Of a stretch of 64,000 nucleotides of DNA, positions 53,305 through 64,000 are shown in pieces. This DNA is from Neocallimastix sp. 'constans'. Its lineage: Eukaryota. The stretch covers positions 372,001 through 436,000 of the forward strand of contig JBODTK010000131.1 in the NCBI GenBank assembly GCA_050613775.1. Direction: 5' to 3'. Every line of letters starts with the position of its first letter. Positions within the stretch are counted from its first letter, which is position 1. A program made the translations under genes and the position numbers. The notes under the pieces are model-generated. The model was not told where the DNA came from. It saw only the letters and a program-made list of their open reading frames with translations, and did not search any database.

Positions 53305-54129
53305 TGTTACGGAACAAATAAAATAATTAAAATTATATATAATTATTAAAGATTAAAAATTATTAATATTAGTGGAATTAAATAATAAATATTAAAATAT
53401 TAAAATAATTATAAATTTAGTTATAATAAATTAGAAAATGTATTAATTATTATTTTTATTTAATATTATAATACTTAATAATATTTTAATAGTTTATTAT
53501 ATTTTATTATTAAATTTTTATTATTAAATTTTTATTATTAAATTTTTATTATTAAATTTTTATTATTAAATTTTTATTCTAATCCAATCAAATAACTATT
53601 CTAAATGTATAAAAAGAACAAAGTAGTACAATACTTTAGTTCTCTCTCTTTTTCTTACAACTTTATTATTATATTATTCTTTTGATATTTTCGAGTTTAA
53701 ATGATAAATTTAGATAGTTAAATTAAAATAAAATTAGTTTAAATAATTAAATTTAAATAGTTTAAATAATTAAATTTAAATAGTTTAAATAATAAATTAG
53801 TATAATTTAAATAATAAAGTTAGAATAGCTTAAATAATAAAAATAAAATAGTTTATTTTAAATAAAGTTAGAATTAAAAATAATTTAAGTTTTGTATTAA
53901 GTATTTAAAGGTTTTTAGTGTTTGGTTAATAGTTTTAATAATTATAGTTGTTAGTTAAATTATTTATATTAGGTTAAATTAATTTTGAATAATTTATTTT
54001 AGTTTAAATTGTTTAGTATTTAGATTTTTAAATTAGAATAATAGATTAGAATAATAGAATAGAATTTAAAATTTTCTTTAATTATTAGAATATATTATTT
54101 TATGATAAAAATTCTTCAGTTCTGTACCA
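53305..54129. mobile_element. Solo LTR-like element A2
   Basis: TGTTAC...GTACCA, flanks ATTA/ATTG (one mismatch). Confidence 0.85.
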
Positions 54130-54133
54130 ATTG

Positions 54134-56187
54134 TGGTAAAGAATGAACTAATAACCTTTATTTTATTATTCTTTACTAAATTGTACTGTTGAGGTTTTCG
54201 GGACAGAATAATAATAAATATAGAAATAAACACTAAAATAAAAAAAAATTAAAAATTAAAATATATCTTTTTTTTAAAATATTTTATTTATTTATTTAAT
54301 AAAAATTATTCAATTAAAAACTAAAAATAAATTAATTTCTTTAATAAGATTATATTTTTTTTCTTCAGATTATTTTTCTAAAATACAATTTTCTCATCTA
54401 TTTATATTTTTTTATCGTTAGAAATGGTCAAGCCATTTCTTTAGAATATCTTAGAGTTACATGTTTGAATTGTATTTAAATTATAAATTCATAATCTATT
54501 CTATTATAATAAATAATTATTACATATTATTAAATTCTAAACTATTTATTATTAATTGTAGTGATAATATATTTTAAAAATAATTTTATTACTTTTACAG
54601 AACTATTAGTAATAGAGTATTATTTAATTTTATACTATTTTTAAATAAAAGTATTTTAGATTATTATCTATTATTAATCTTATTATAAATAGGGTGTATT
54701 TTGGAAGGAAGTATTACTAATTTTAATGACAAGGATCATGGATTTAAGTAAAATATTTTTAAATCATTATTAATTATATTAATTTTTATTAATAATAAAT
54801 AATCTGTATTAGTAATATTTGTAAAATAAAATTTTCTTTAATAATAAAATATTGATAGAATAAATTATATTAATAAAACTAGATATTGATAATAATATTG
54901 ATATTAATAATATAGTATTAATTTTAATAATAAAGTATTGATATTAATAAAGAATTTATATTAATAATAATAAATTTAATATTAGTAATAATTTGGCAGT
55001 AATAGAACATAAGAAAGTTCCCCAAGTAAGGAAATAAATAATTTAATTTTAGTGGTTAAGTTATTTTTATGAAAAATAATAAAATTAACATTATTTGTTC
55101 ATTCCTTAACAGTACTTTCCTATATTCTTGATAACCTAAACTTAATAATAAAATTTAATTTATTTTGATATAAATTAATTTTAACTTGTAAATAATGTAA
55201 ATCAATTTTAATTAATTACTTTATTGTTATATGTATATATTAAAATACAATTTTAAATATTAAAATTATACTTTTAAGATACTAAATTATTAAAACTATT
55301 AATTAAATATTATTATAAAAATTATTATAAAATTATTAAAATTATTAAATATTATTATAAAAATTATTATAAACTATTAATATTATAAAATTATTAAGAT
55401 TATTAATTAAATTTATTATTAAAAATTATTATTAAAAATTATTATTAAAAATTATTATAAAAATTATTATTTAAATATTATCAAATTTATTAATTAAATA
55501 TTATAAAAATTTTATTTTATTTTTGAAAATAATTACAAGTATTATTTAAAATAATTAAAGATTATTAAATTTATTATATATATTAAAACTATTAATTAAA
55601 TATTATTATAAAATTATTATAAAATTATTAAAACTATTAATTAAATATTATTATTAAAATTATTATAAAATTTACTATTAAAATTATTAATTAAATATTA
55701 TAAAAATTTTTATTTTATTTTTGAAAATAATTACAAGTATTATTTAAAATAATTAAAGATTATTAAATTTATTATATTAATCCTTAAAAACAATTTATTT
55801 AACTTAAAAATATCAAAGAAAATAGTAAAAACTATTTTCTATATATTTATTTTATAATTATTTTTAATTAAATTATATTTGAATATTATATTATTATATT
55901 TATAAAAATTAAAACAAAAATGAAATATTGATATAAAATTAATTCAATAATTCTATAAAATTACTTAAATTATAAACAACTAATTATACTTTAAATTTAT
56001 AAAAAATTATAAATATTGTAACAATTTCTTAAAAATTAAATATGTGTACTTCAAAAATAAAATTTTATATTAATAAATAATAAATAATTTTTAATAAAAA
56101 GAATTTTTTTGTTAAAATCAAAGCAGGGTAATACCCGTCCCCCCCTGCTTGATTTTAAATCCATACGAATCAACCCCGAGTCTACCA
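54134..56187. mobile_element. Solo LTR-like element C1 (contains nested H)
   Basis: TGGTA...TACCA, TSD ATTG, homologous to C2. Confidence 0.85.
54187..55111. mobile_element. Solo LTR-like element H nested in C1
   Basis: TGTTGAGG...CCTTAACA, TSD GTAC; absent from C2. Confidence 0.75.
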
Positions 56188-56189
56188 AT

Positions 56190-56394
56190 TGATAAATAAC
56201 AAAATTATAAAAATAGTTTCTAATATATAATTATACAATAAACTAACCTTATATATATAACATAATTAATTATAGTTAAAATTACTTTAGAAAACAAAAT
56301 AAAATTAATTAATTAACAACAAAATTAAATGAAAATATTTTCTTATTCAAACAAACTCTGACATGAAATTAACTAAATAATAATTAACTGAATA

Positions 56395-56446
<52 letters not shown>

Positions 56447-56839
56447 ATTGTTATCTTAATTAATTTTTTAAATTTAATAAAATTAATATTATTTATTTGT
56501 TTTATTTTACTTTAAATAATTATTTTAAAGTTGTAAATAGCTTAAGTTTAAGGAAAAATATAAATACCTTTAATATTTTTCTTATTTTTCTTTATTATTA
56601 TTATATATGAAATTAATATTTAATAACTTGTAATTTTAATTTTATATTTTTAATAATCAAAATTTAATAAATTTATAAATAAAAATTAAACAATAAATAT
56701 TAGAAAAAGAGCGTTTTCTAATAAAACTTTTGTGTTTATTTTATAAAACATTTTTATTATTATTTTTTTTTACTTTGATAAAGAAAATAATCACTTTTTG
56801 ATTCTAAATCAAAATTAAGATTACTTTCAATATTTATCA
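56190..56839. mobile_element. Solo LTR-like element D1
   Basis: Perfect 9-bp terminal inverted repeat TGATAAATA...TATTTATCA; reconstructed TSD ATTAT. Confidence 0.75.
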
Positions 56840-56845
56840 ATTATA

Positions 56846-57677
56846 TGGTAAAGAACGAACATATAATGGATTATTAATTAGAATTTCAACTTACTTTAGA
56901 ATCCATTATATTGTTCTTTACTTAATTTTACTTTACTATATTTTCTATACTAAATTATTTTATAAATATAATTTTTTTTTATATTTTTATTAAAAGTTTC
57001 TAAAATATTATCAATAATTCTATATTTTTATTATTAATATCAATATCTATAATTTAACCTAAAATTTTATTATTAAGTGCTTATTATCAATATTAATATT
57101 TAATTTTTATTTTTCAAATATATTATTATATTATTATTATATTGTATCAATATTAAAATTGTATTCTTTTTAGTATTTTATTTTATTTTTAAATTGGTTA
57201 TTTAATATTTTTATTCCCCACAAATAAAATCAAATCTTAATTGATTAATAATAAATATTAAATATATTATAGTTTTTAAATTTATTTTATATAAAATATA
57301 AGAATATTATATTAATAGTCTTGATTAAAATAACTTTATTTTTCTGTGAAATCTTTTTAAATTTTGTTTGTTTCTTTTCGTATATATTAAATAATTTAGT
57401 TTTAGTATATGAAAAATAATATAAAATTATATAAACAAAATTTATTAAAATAAAAATATTTATGAATTAGTTAATTTAAATTAATATAAAATTTTTAGTA
57501 ATTAGTAATAGTAAATTATTTTTTTTTAAATATGATAATAAAATGTAGAAAGGCTTTACATATTTATTTTTTTTAAAAAGTATAAATAAGTGAAGTTTTT
57601 CAATAATTAAAATGTAGACAGAAAAATATTAAAAATAAATAATTAATAAAATTTCTAATTAAACCCGAACCATAGCA
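56846..57677. mobile_element. Solo LTR-like element C3 (C-related termini)
   Basis: TGGTAAAGAA...CCCGAACCATAGCA, flanks TATA/TATG. Confidence 0.65.
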
Positions 57678-57681
57678 TATG

Positions 57682-58342
57682 TGATACGATACCACCATAA
57701 AAATAAGATTTAGGTAGGAAATTTAGGTTAGAAATATTGTATAAATATTATTGGTTATAATAATTAAAATAATTTATATATAGTTATTCAAATAATTATT
57801 TTTAAAAAACATGGTTAATTCTTTTATCATAATTAAAATAGATAAATTATATTACTAATGATTCTATTATTATGATAATAAATTAATTCATCATTATTAT
57901 TAATAAGTTTTATTTTATATTTTAAGTATTATTTTGAGAATTATATAGTTTTAGGAGTTATATTATAAATATTGATGATTATATTTTATTTAGGAAATAT
58001 ATTTTTAAATATTGATTATTATATACTATTTAATTATGAAAATGTATTATTAAATAAACTTATTAGGAAATTAATAGTTTAAGAGATATGTTTAATATAA
58101 AAATATAATATTAAATAATTATTTTAACAATTATATAAAATTAAGAGAATGTAATAATAAATATTTATATATGTAAAAATAAAATTATAAAAATAAATAA
58201 AGAATAAAATATTATTATAAAACATTATTATTATAAATTATTTTCTTATATTTATTAGAATATATTATCGTGTCATAATTCCCTAGAAAACGACCAAATA
58301 AATAAATAGCTAGATATGGAATATTTTAAATGTTCTGTATTA
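57682..58342. mobile_element. Solo LTR-like element F
   Basis: TGATAC...GTATTA (terminal CA apparently changed to TA), TSD TATG. Confidence 0.65.
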
Positions 58343-58348
58343 TATGTG

Positions 58349-59309
58349 TGTAAGAATCTATAATTATTTTTAAATAAAATAATTATATTTTCTTAGTTAA
58401 GTTATAATTATAACTTTATTTAATTATATAATATTTATTCATTTAAATATTAATTATAATTTATTTAAATCAATATTAAATATTCATTAATTTAATACAA
58501 CAAAATTTATTTAATTAATTATTATTTATACATTTATAAATAATTATAGTTTATTTAATTATACATTTAATTATTAATTTTATTAGTCTTAGTTTATTTA
58601 TTTAATTAAATTGTAAACAAATATATTATGTATTCTAATATGTATTTTAATAATGTATTCTGTATTTTGTTTATTAATATCATTATTATGTTATTTTCCT
58701 TATTTGTAAATTTATGATTTTATGATCGAAATATCTTTTATTATTTTATTCTTTTATTTTCGATAATTAGATTAGATTAGCGAATCGGTTAATTAGGGTT
58801 TTCCCAATCACTTCTTAAAAGTAATTGGTTTTACCTAATTGATACGATGAACGATATGGATAGAATATCGATCAAAAATATTATCTAGGTTTTTCTGTCT
58901 AATCTTTTCCTAAATTAGAGATTTGTTAAAATTAGAAAACATTTTTTAATTTAACCTTATTTTTCAAAAAAGTATAAATAAGGCTCTTGAATTCTCTTTG
59001 AGAAATCAAGAGTTATTATTATAACAATTATAATATAATAATAACATTAATAAATATTTTATATTTCTATTTTAATAAAGTTAGTTTTAATAAAACAAAT
59101 TTAAAAATAAAATAAAATAAAATAATCTTTTCTCTTTGACAATTCTGTGTTATTAGTTTATTATAATTAGTTATAATAAACTCTTTCTAATAGAAGATAA
59201 GTATATTTATCTTTTTTGCTTTCTCAATTTAATAATAATTATTATTTAATTATTATTAAGTTGTAGTTAATAATTTAATTATAATTAATATTATAATTAA
59301 ATTATTACA
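58349..59309. mobile_element. Solo LTR-like element B2
   Basis: TGTAA...TTACA, TSD ATGTG; inserted into the first two bases of C2. Confidence 0.85.
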
Positions 59310-59312
59310 ATG

Positions 59313-60301
59313 TGGTAAAGAATGAATTAATAACATTTATTTTGTTATAAAATATTATTAATTATTTTTTAATTAAGTGTTCTTTCCTATATTCTTCATA
59401 ACCTAAACCTCATTGTAAAAATAATTTATTTTAATATAAATTAAATTTAACTTGTAAATAATATTAAATCAATTTTAATTAATTAATTTGTTGTATATTA
59501 TTAAACATATGTATATATTAAAGTATTATTGTAAATATTAAAAATTATATACTTTTAAGATATTTTGAATTATTAAATTTATTAATTAAATATTATTATA
59601 AAATTATTATAAAATTATTAAAACTATTAATTAAATATTATTATAAAATTATTAAAATTATTAATTAAATATTATTATAAAATTGTTATAAAATTATTAA
59701 AACTATTAATTAAATATTATTATAAAATTATTAAAATTATTAATTAAATATTATTATTAAAATTATTATAAAATTTACTATTAAAATTATTAATTAAATA
59801 TTATAAAAATTTTTTATTTTATTTTTGAAAATAATTACAAGTATTATTTAAAATAATTAAAGATTATTAAATTTATTATATTAATCCTTAAAAACAATTT
59901 ATTTAACTTAAAAATATCAAAGAAAATAGTAAAAACTATTTTCTATATATTTATTTTATAATTATTTTTAATTAAATTATATTTGAATATTATATTATTA
60001 TATTTATAAAAATTAAAACAAAAATGAAATATTGATATAAAATTAATTCAATAATTCTATAAAATTACTTAAATTATAAACAAATAATTATACTTTAAAT
60101 TTATAAAGAAATATAAATATTGTAAATATTTCTTAAAAATTAAATGTATGTACTTCAAAAATAAATCTTAATATTAATAAATAATAAATAATTTTAGTAA
60201 AAAGAAATTTTTTTTTTTATATAATTTAAAATCAAAGCAGGGTAATACCCGTCCCCCCCTGCTTGATTTTAAATCTATACGTGTTAACCCCTAGTCTACC
60301 A
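59313..60301. mobile_element. Solo LTR-like element C2
   Basis: TGGTA...TACCA, TSD TATG (58343-46 / 60302-05). Confidence 0.85.
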
Positions 60302-60305
60302 TATG

Positions 60306-61283
60306 TGATAAATAACAAAATTATTAAATTAAAATAAATAATAAAGAACAAATTCTTGTCTAACTTAACCCAAAAATTAATCCATTCTAAAAAAAAAATT
60401 AAATCCATATTAAAGAAAATCTAATTAAATAAAAATAATTAAAATAAAATAATAATAAATTAATTAATCATTAATAATTTTAATTAAAATCTAAAATAAA
60501 TTAGTAAATAATATTTTTCTAAAACTACAAATAAACAAAATAATAAACAAATTTAATAAATTATAAATAACAAATTAACAAACTTATAAACATCTCAAAA
60601 TTAAAATTAAATAGTTAAATAATTTTTAAGTTACTTTTATTTAAAATAATGATTATTTTATTTATTTTATAACTCAACTTTTATATACAAATTGTAATTA
60701 AAATAACATTTTAAAACTCATCTTTATTAATATTTTAATTGTAAATATTGTTTAATTTAATAATAAATTATTCTTTATTTCTCTTTTATTAATTTTATTA
60801 TTTTTAATGTAAATAGTTTAAAATCAAAGAAAAATATAAAAACATGTAAATATTTCTTATAAATTATTCTTTATTATTAATTATTTAATAAATTATTATA
60901 GATATTTTTATTAGTTTTTAATAATCAATTTTTATGATTATTAATTATTTAATAAATTATTATAGATATTTTATTAGTTATTAATAATCAATTTTATTAT
61001 TAAAATTTAAAATAAATTAGTATAAATAATAAATATTTCATTTTTATTATTTTATTAGTTTTAACAATTATTTTATTAATTTAAACAAAATTAATTATTA
61101 AATAAATAAAGATTAATATTAAAATAAAAATAAATTTTTTTTAATAAAACATTTTTGTGTTTAATAATAAAACATATTTATTTTTTTTTTAAATTTCTTA
61201 AATCTATTTTATTCAGTATTTATCCTCTTATTCACTTCTACAAAATTTAATTTTTGTAGATTAAGAATATCAGGTATAAATCA
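60306..61283. mobile_element. Solo LTR-like element D2
   Basis: TGATAAATAACAAAATT start shared with D1; ends AAATCA; TSD TATG. Confidence 0.75.
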
Positions 61284-61285
61284 TA

Positions 61286-64000
61286 TGTAAAATGTAAGTT
61301 TATTATTAACTAAAATAACGAAAAACAATTAAATTTAAAGGCTAAGATAACTTAACACCTCTCTATTCGAGTTGTTAATAATAAACACTAAATTAACTAT
61401 AATTATAACTATTATCTTCTATTACACTAGAATATAGCGCAACACTTTATAACTCTATCTGTTATCAGTTACTGGGCTTATACTGAGTAATATATTTTTA
61501 TTTAATAATTATATTTTATTTATTAATATTAATATTTTTATCAACAATTTACGTTAATAGTAACGCTAGTGCGTTACAGTTACAAGTTCAATTGTTATTT
61601 ATACATGTCAATAATATTATGATTGGTAAATAATTTAATTTAACTTAGTTTACTAATCACTAAATAAAATGTATTTATCTAAGTATTTAACTATATAATT
61701 AATTATAAAAAATAATAAAATTTAATGTACGAAATTAATAAAAGATTTTATTTGATTAGCCGAAATTGCTAACAGTTTAGAGATACGTTACGTAACCAAA
61801 GAACTATCATTGGATAGGTTTGAAGTTACCATGTATCTATTACAAGGCCTCTCCCAAGGAGCAAGTTACTAATGGTTGACGACGTTAGCAATAGTAACTA
61901 AAATCTTGATAATCCTCCAGCAATTTTGCATAGTGAGGATTGTTGTCGATCACGTCGGCGTTGACCCTCTCTTATTTATCGTTCTGGTACGCAACCAGAT
62001 ATTGGTACTGTCCTTGGTGCTTTCTAGATCCAAGGATATGAATTATCTTTTGTCTTCCTACAGGAACTGGTACTAATGTCTTTGGTAGTTTATAGTATGG
62101 TTCCAATTCACTCACGTGGAACACTAGGTACATATTTGGAAACGGCGAATGACTAATATCTATCTCGTAGTTTTTCTTTTCTTCGTCGACGCCTACTACC
62201 TTGAACGGTCCAAACTTTCTCGTTGCTAATTTATAAAATGGAAACGCATCGTAGTTTTCTGGCTTTCTTAGCCATACCTTGTCCAACAGTCTATACCTGG
62301 GGTAGTTATCAATACGAGTCTTATCCATGTTGTCCATGTATCTTGTCTGAGCGATTTCCAATATGTGCTTTAGGTTTCCTAAGTTATGAGCAAAGCTATC
62401 GATCATTTTAGTTTCGCCTAACGAATGCACTATGTCGGCTGTCTTTGGGGAGTTGTGTACCTGGTAGTTATACAAGGTAAGGAAAGGAGATTGTTTGGTA
62501 GAAGCGTGGATTGAATTGTTATAGCAGAACTCTGCTAAGAACAAGTAATCCATCCAGCTTTCATCTTCGTAGGTTCCCACAAAGCACCGAAAATAAGTTT
62601 CTACGTATGCATTGTTCCTTTCGACTTGACCTACTGTTTCATGGTGACTAGTGGTAACGTAGTTTACTTTGGTTCCGAAGAACTATTCCAGCTCCTTCCA
62701 TACTTGGCTTGTAAACTGAACTCCTCTATCAGTCGTAACCACCTTAGGGAATCCGTGCAAACTGTAAATTTCCTTCAGAAATGCATCAACAGTCTCGTTA
62801 GCGTTGGGCACATGTTTAAATCCTATCAGGTGTATCATCTTGGTCAATTTGTCACAGCACACTAAGATACAACCTGCTCTTTTCGTTTCCCAAATATAAA
62901 CATCTTCCGTTCTTGTCCTACATTTTACTGGCAGATCCGTTATAAAGTCTAATTGTACCTCTTGCCTGGGTAACTCTGCAACTGGAACTCTAACCGCAGT
63001 ACTATATTCCTTGTGTCTATCATCCTTTTTGGTAGCGCAGGTTTTGCAAGCCTTTACTTAGCCTGAAATATCCTTCCTCATCTTCGGCCAGTAGAAATTC
63101 CTAGATACAAGGTCCGAAGTCTTATCAATTCCTAAGTGACCTGCGTACTCCGAGTCATGGTTTAATTGAATAATTGTTTTTCTGAACGTTGTGGACACGT
63201 ATACTTGTTCAGGGTTTTCTTTTCTCACCAGAAGACCATCTACTTCCAGTCAATGCTTCTTGTTATAATTGTTTCTGGCGTCATCTGCTAAATCTTTTAT
63301 TATCTCTCTGGCCATTTTGTCCTGTCTGTTGGCCTGCTTAATATCATCCACGAAATTGGTAGCTAAGGCTAAATAACTTGCTTCTCCGTCTACATCGTCA
63401 AACCTTACCAATTGATCTGGTTTCAATAGCCTATCTTTAGGAAATTCTTTACCCTCAGTTTTCTTTGTTTCAACTCTGGAGAGGGCATCAGATTTGCCAT
63501 TCTTTTTCCCAGGTCTATATACTATTTCGAACCAGTACGTGGCGAATAATTCTTGCCATCTGATTTGCCTAGGAGTTAATAGTTGTGGTTTTGTAGCGAA
63601 CAATAGATTTTTGTGGTTACTATAAACAATAATCTTGTGCTTCGTACTTTGAAGCAAGTGTCGCCATTCTGTAAAAGCAGTCTTAATGGCTAACAATTTT
63701 TTCTCGGTAATCGAGTAGTTCACTTCAGCCTTGCTGAGTGTCTTTGAATAATAATATATAGGATGAAGACTACCATCGTCTACTTTTTGTGACAACACAC
63801 CTCCTATCGCGTAATTACTAGCATCATATTCATCGAAGAATTGTTTCTCGTGGTCAGGGTAAGTTAGCACTGGCGGAGAGGTGAGCATTTCCTTCAACTT
63901 GTGAAACGCGGCCAATCCTTCTTCATTCCATTCGAATTTCTCTTTCTTCGAAGTCATCTTAAATAGCGGCTTGGCTATTTCTGAAAAGTTTCTTATAAAA
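61286..64000 (-). mobile_element. Ty3/gypsy (chromovirus-like) retrotransposon, 3' portion; runs off the window
   Basis: 3' LTR 61286-61844 (TGTAA...TTACA) preceded by PPT-like GGGAGAGG. RNase H DASNYAIGGVLSQ..YSITEK.LLAI; integrase HHCC (HDSEYAGHLG...CKTC); core QLDFITDLP, SDRGVQFTS, GQVERNN; GPF motif; chromodomain-like tail. Several stops. Confidence 0.95.

Noticed and set aside
50833..54129. A1 and A2 as paired LTRs of one element (likewise B1/B2, C1/C2, D1/D2)
   Set aside because: Each copy has its own TSD, and the DNA between them is other TSD-bounded elements, with no PBS, PPT or coding sequence.
61876..62865. Plus-strand ORFs 61876, 62223 and 62626; also 52886-53095(-)
   Set aside because: Antisense to the gypsy integrase, or lying inside a solo LTR.

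Overview
Extremely AT-rich, intron-containing eukaryotic DNA. It is most consistent with an anaerobic gut fungus (Neocallimastigomycota); this is inferred from base composition, hevein/CBM18 modules and decayed ankyrin genes. From left to right: (1) 1-13.9 kb, a tandem array of five copies of an unannotated 48-codon ORF ending in a CaaX prenylation motif (CSIQ/CTIQ), built like an a-factor-type lipopeptide pheromone precursor. (2) Decayed ankyrin-repeat genes and solo LTRs. (3) A 12-exon gene for a secreted LRR + 3x CBM18 protein with one LRR per exon. (4) A decayed gene of unknown family. (5) A full-length, disrupted Ty1/copia element whose primer-binding site matches the 5' half of tRNA-Lys(CUU). 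(6) A single-exon secreted, Cys-rich, probably GPI-anchored protein. (7) A deleted Ty3/gypsy remnant, and a copia RT fragment inside a T-rich satellite. (8) A tRNA-Ser(GCT) gene whose 5' flank holds an ordered ~11 kb stack of 12 solo-LTR-like elements ending at a chromodomain-bearing gypsy element. Target-site duplications let the stack be unwound: 11 insertions landed 13-17 bp from the tRNA and two more at about 65-69 bp. All calls were made by eye; no searches were run.
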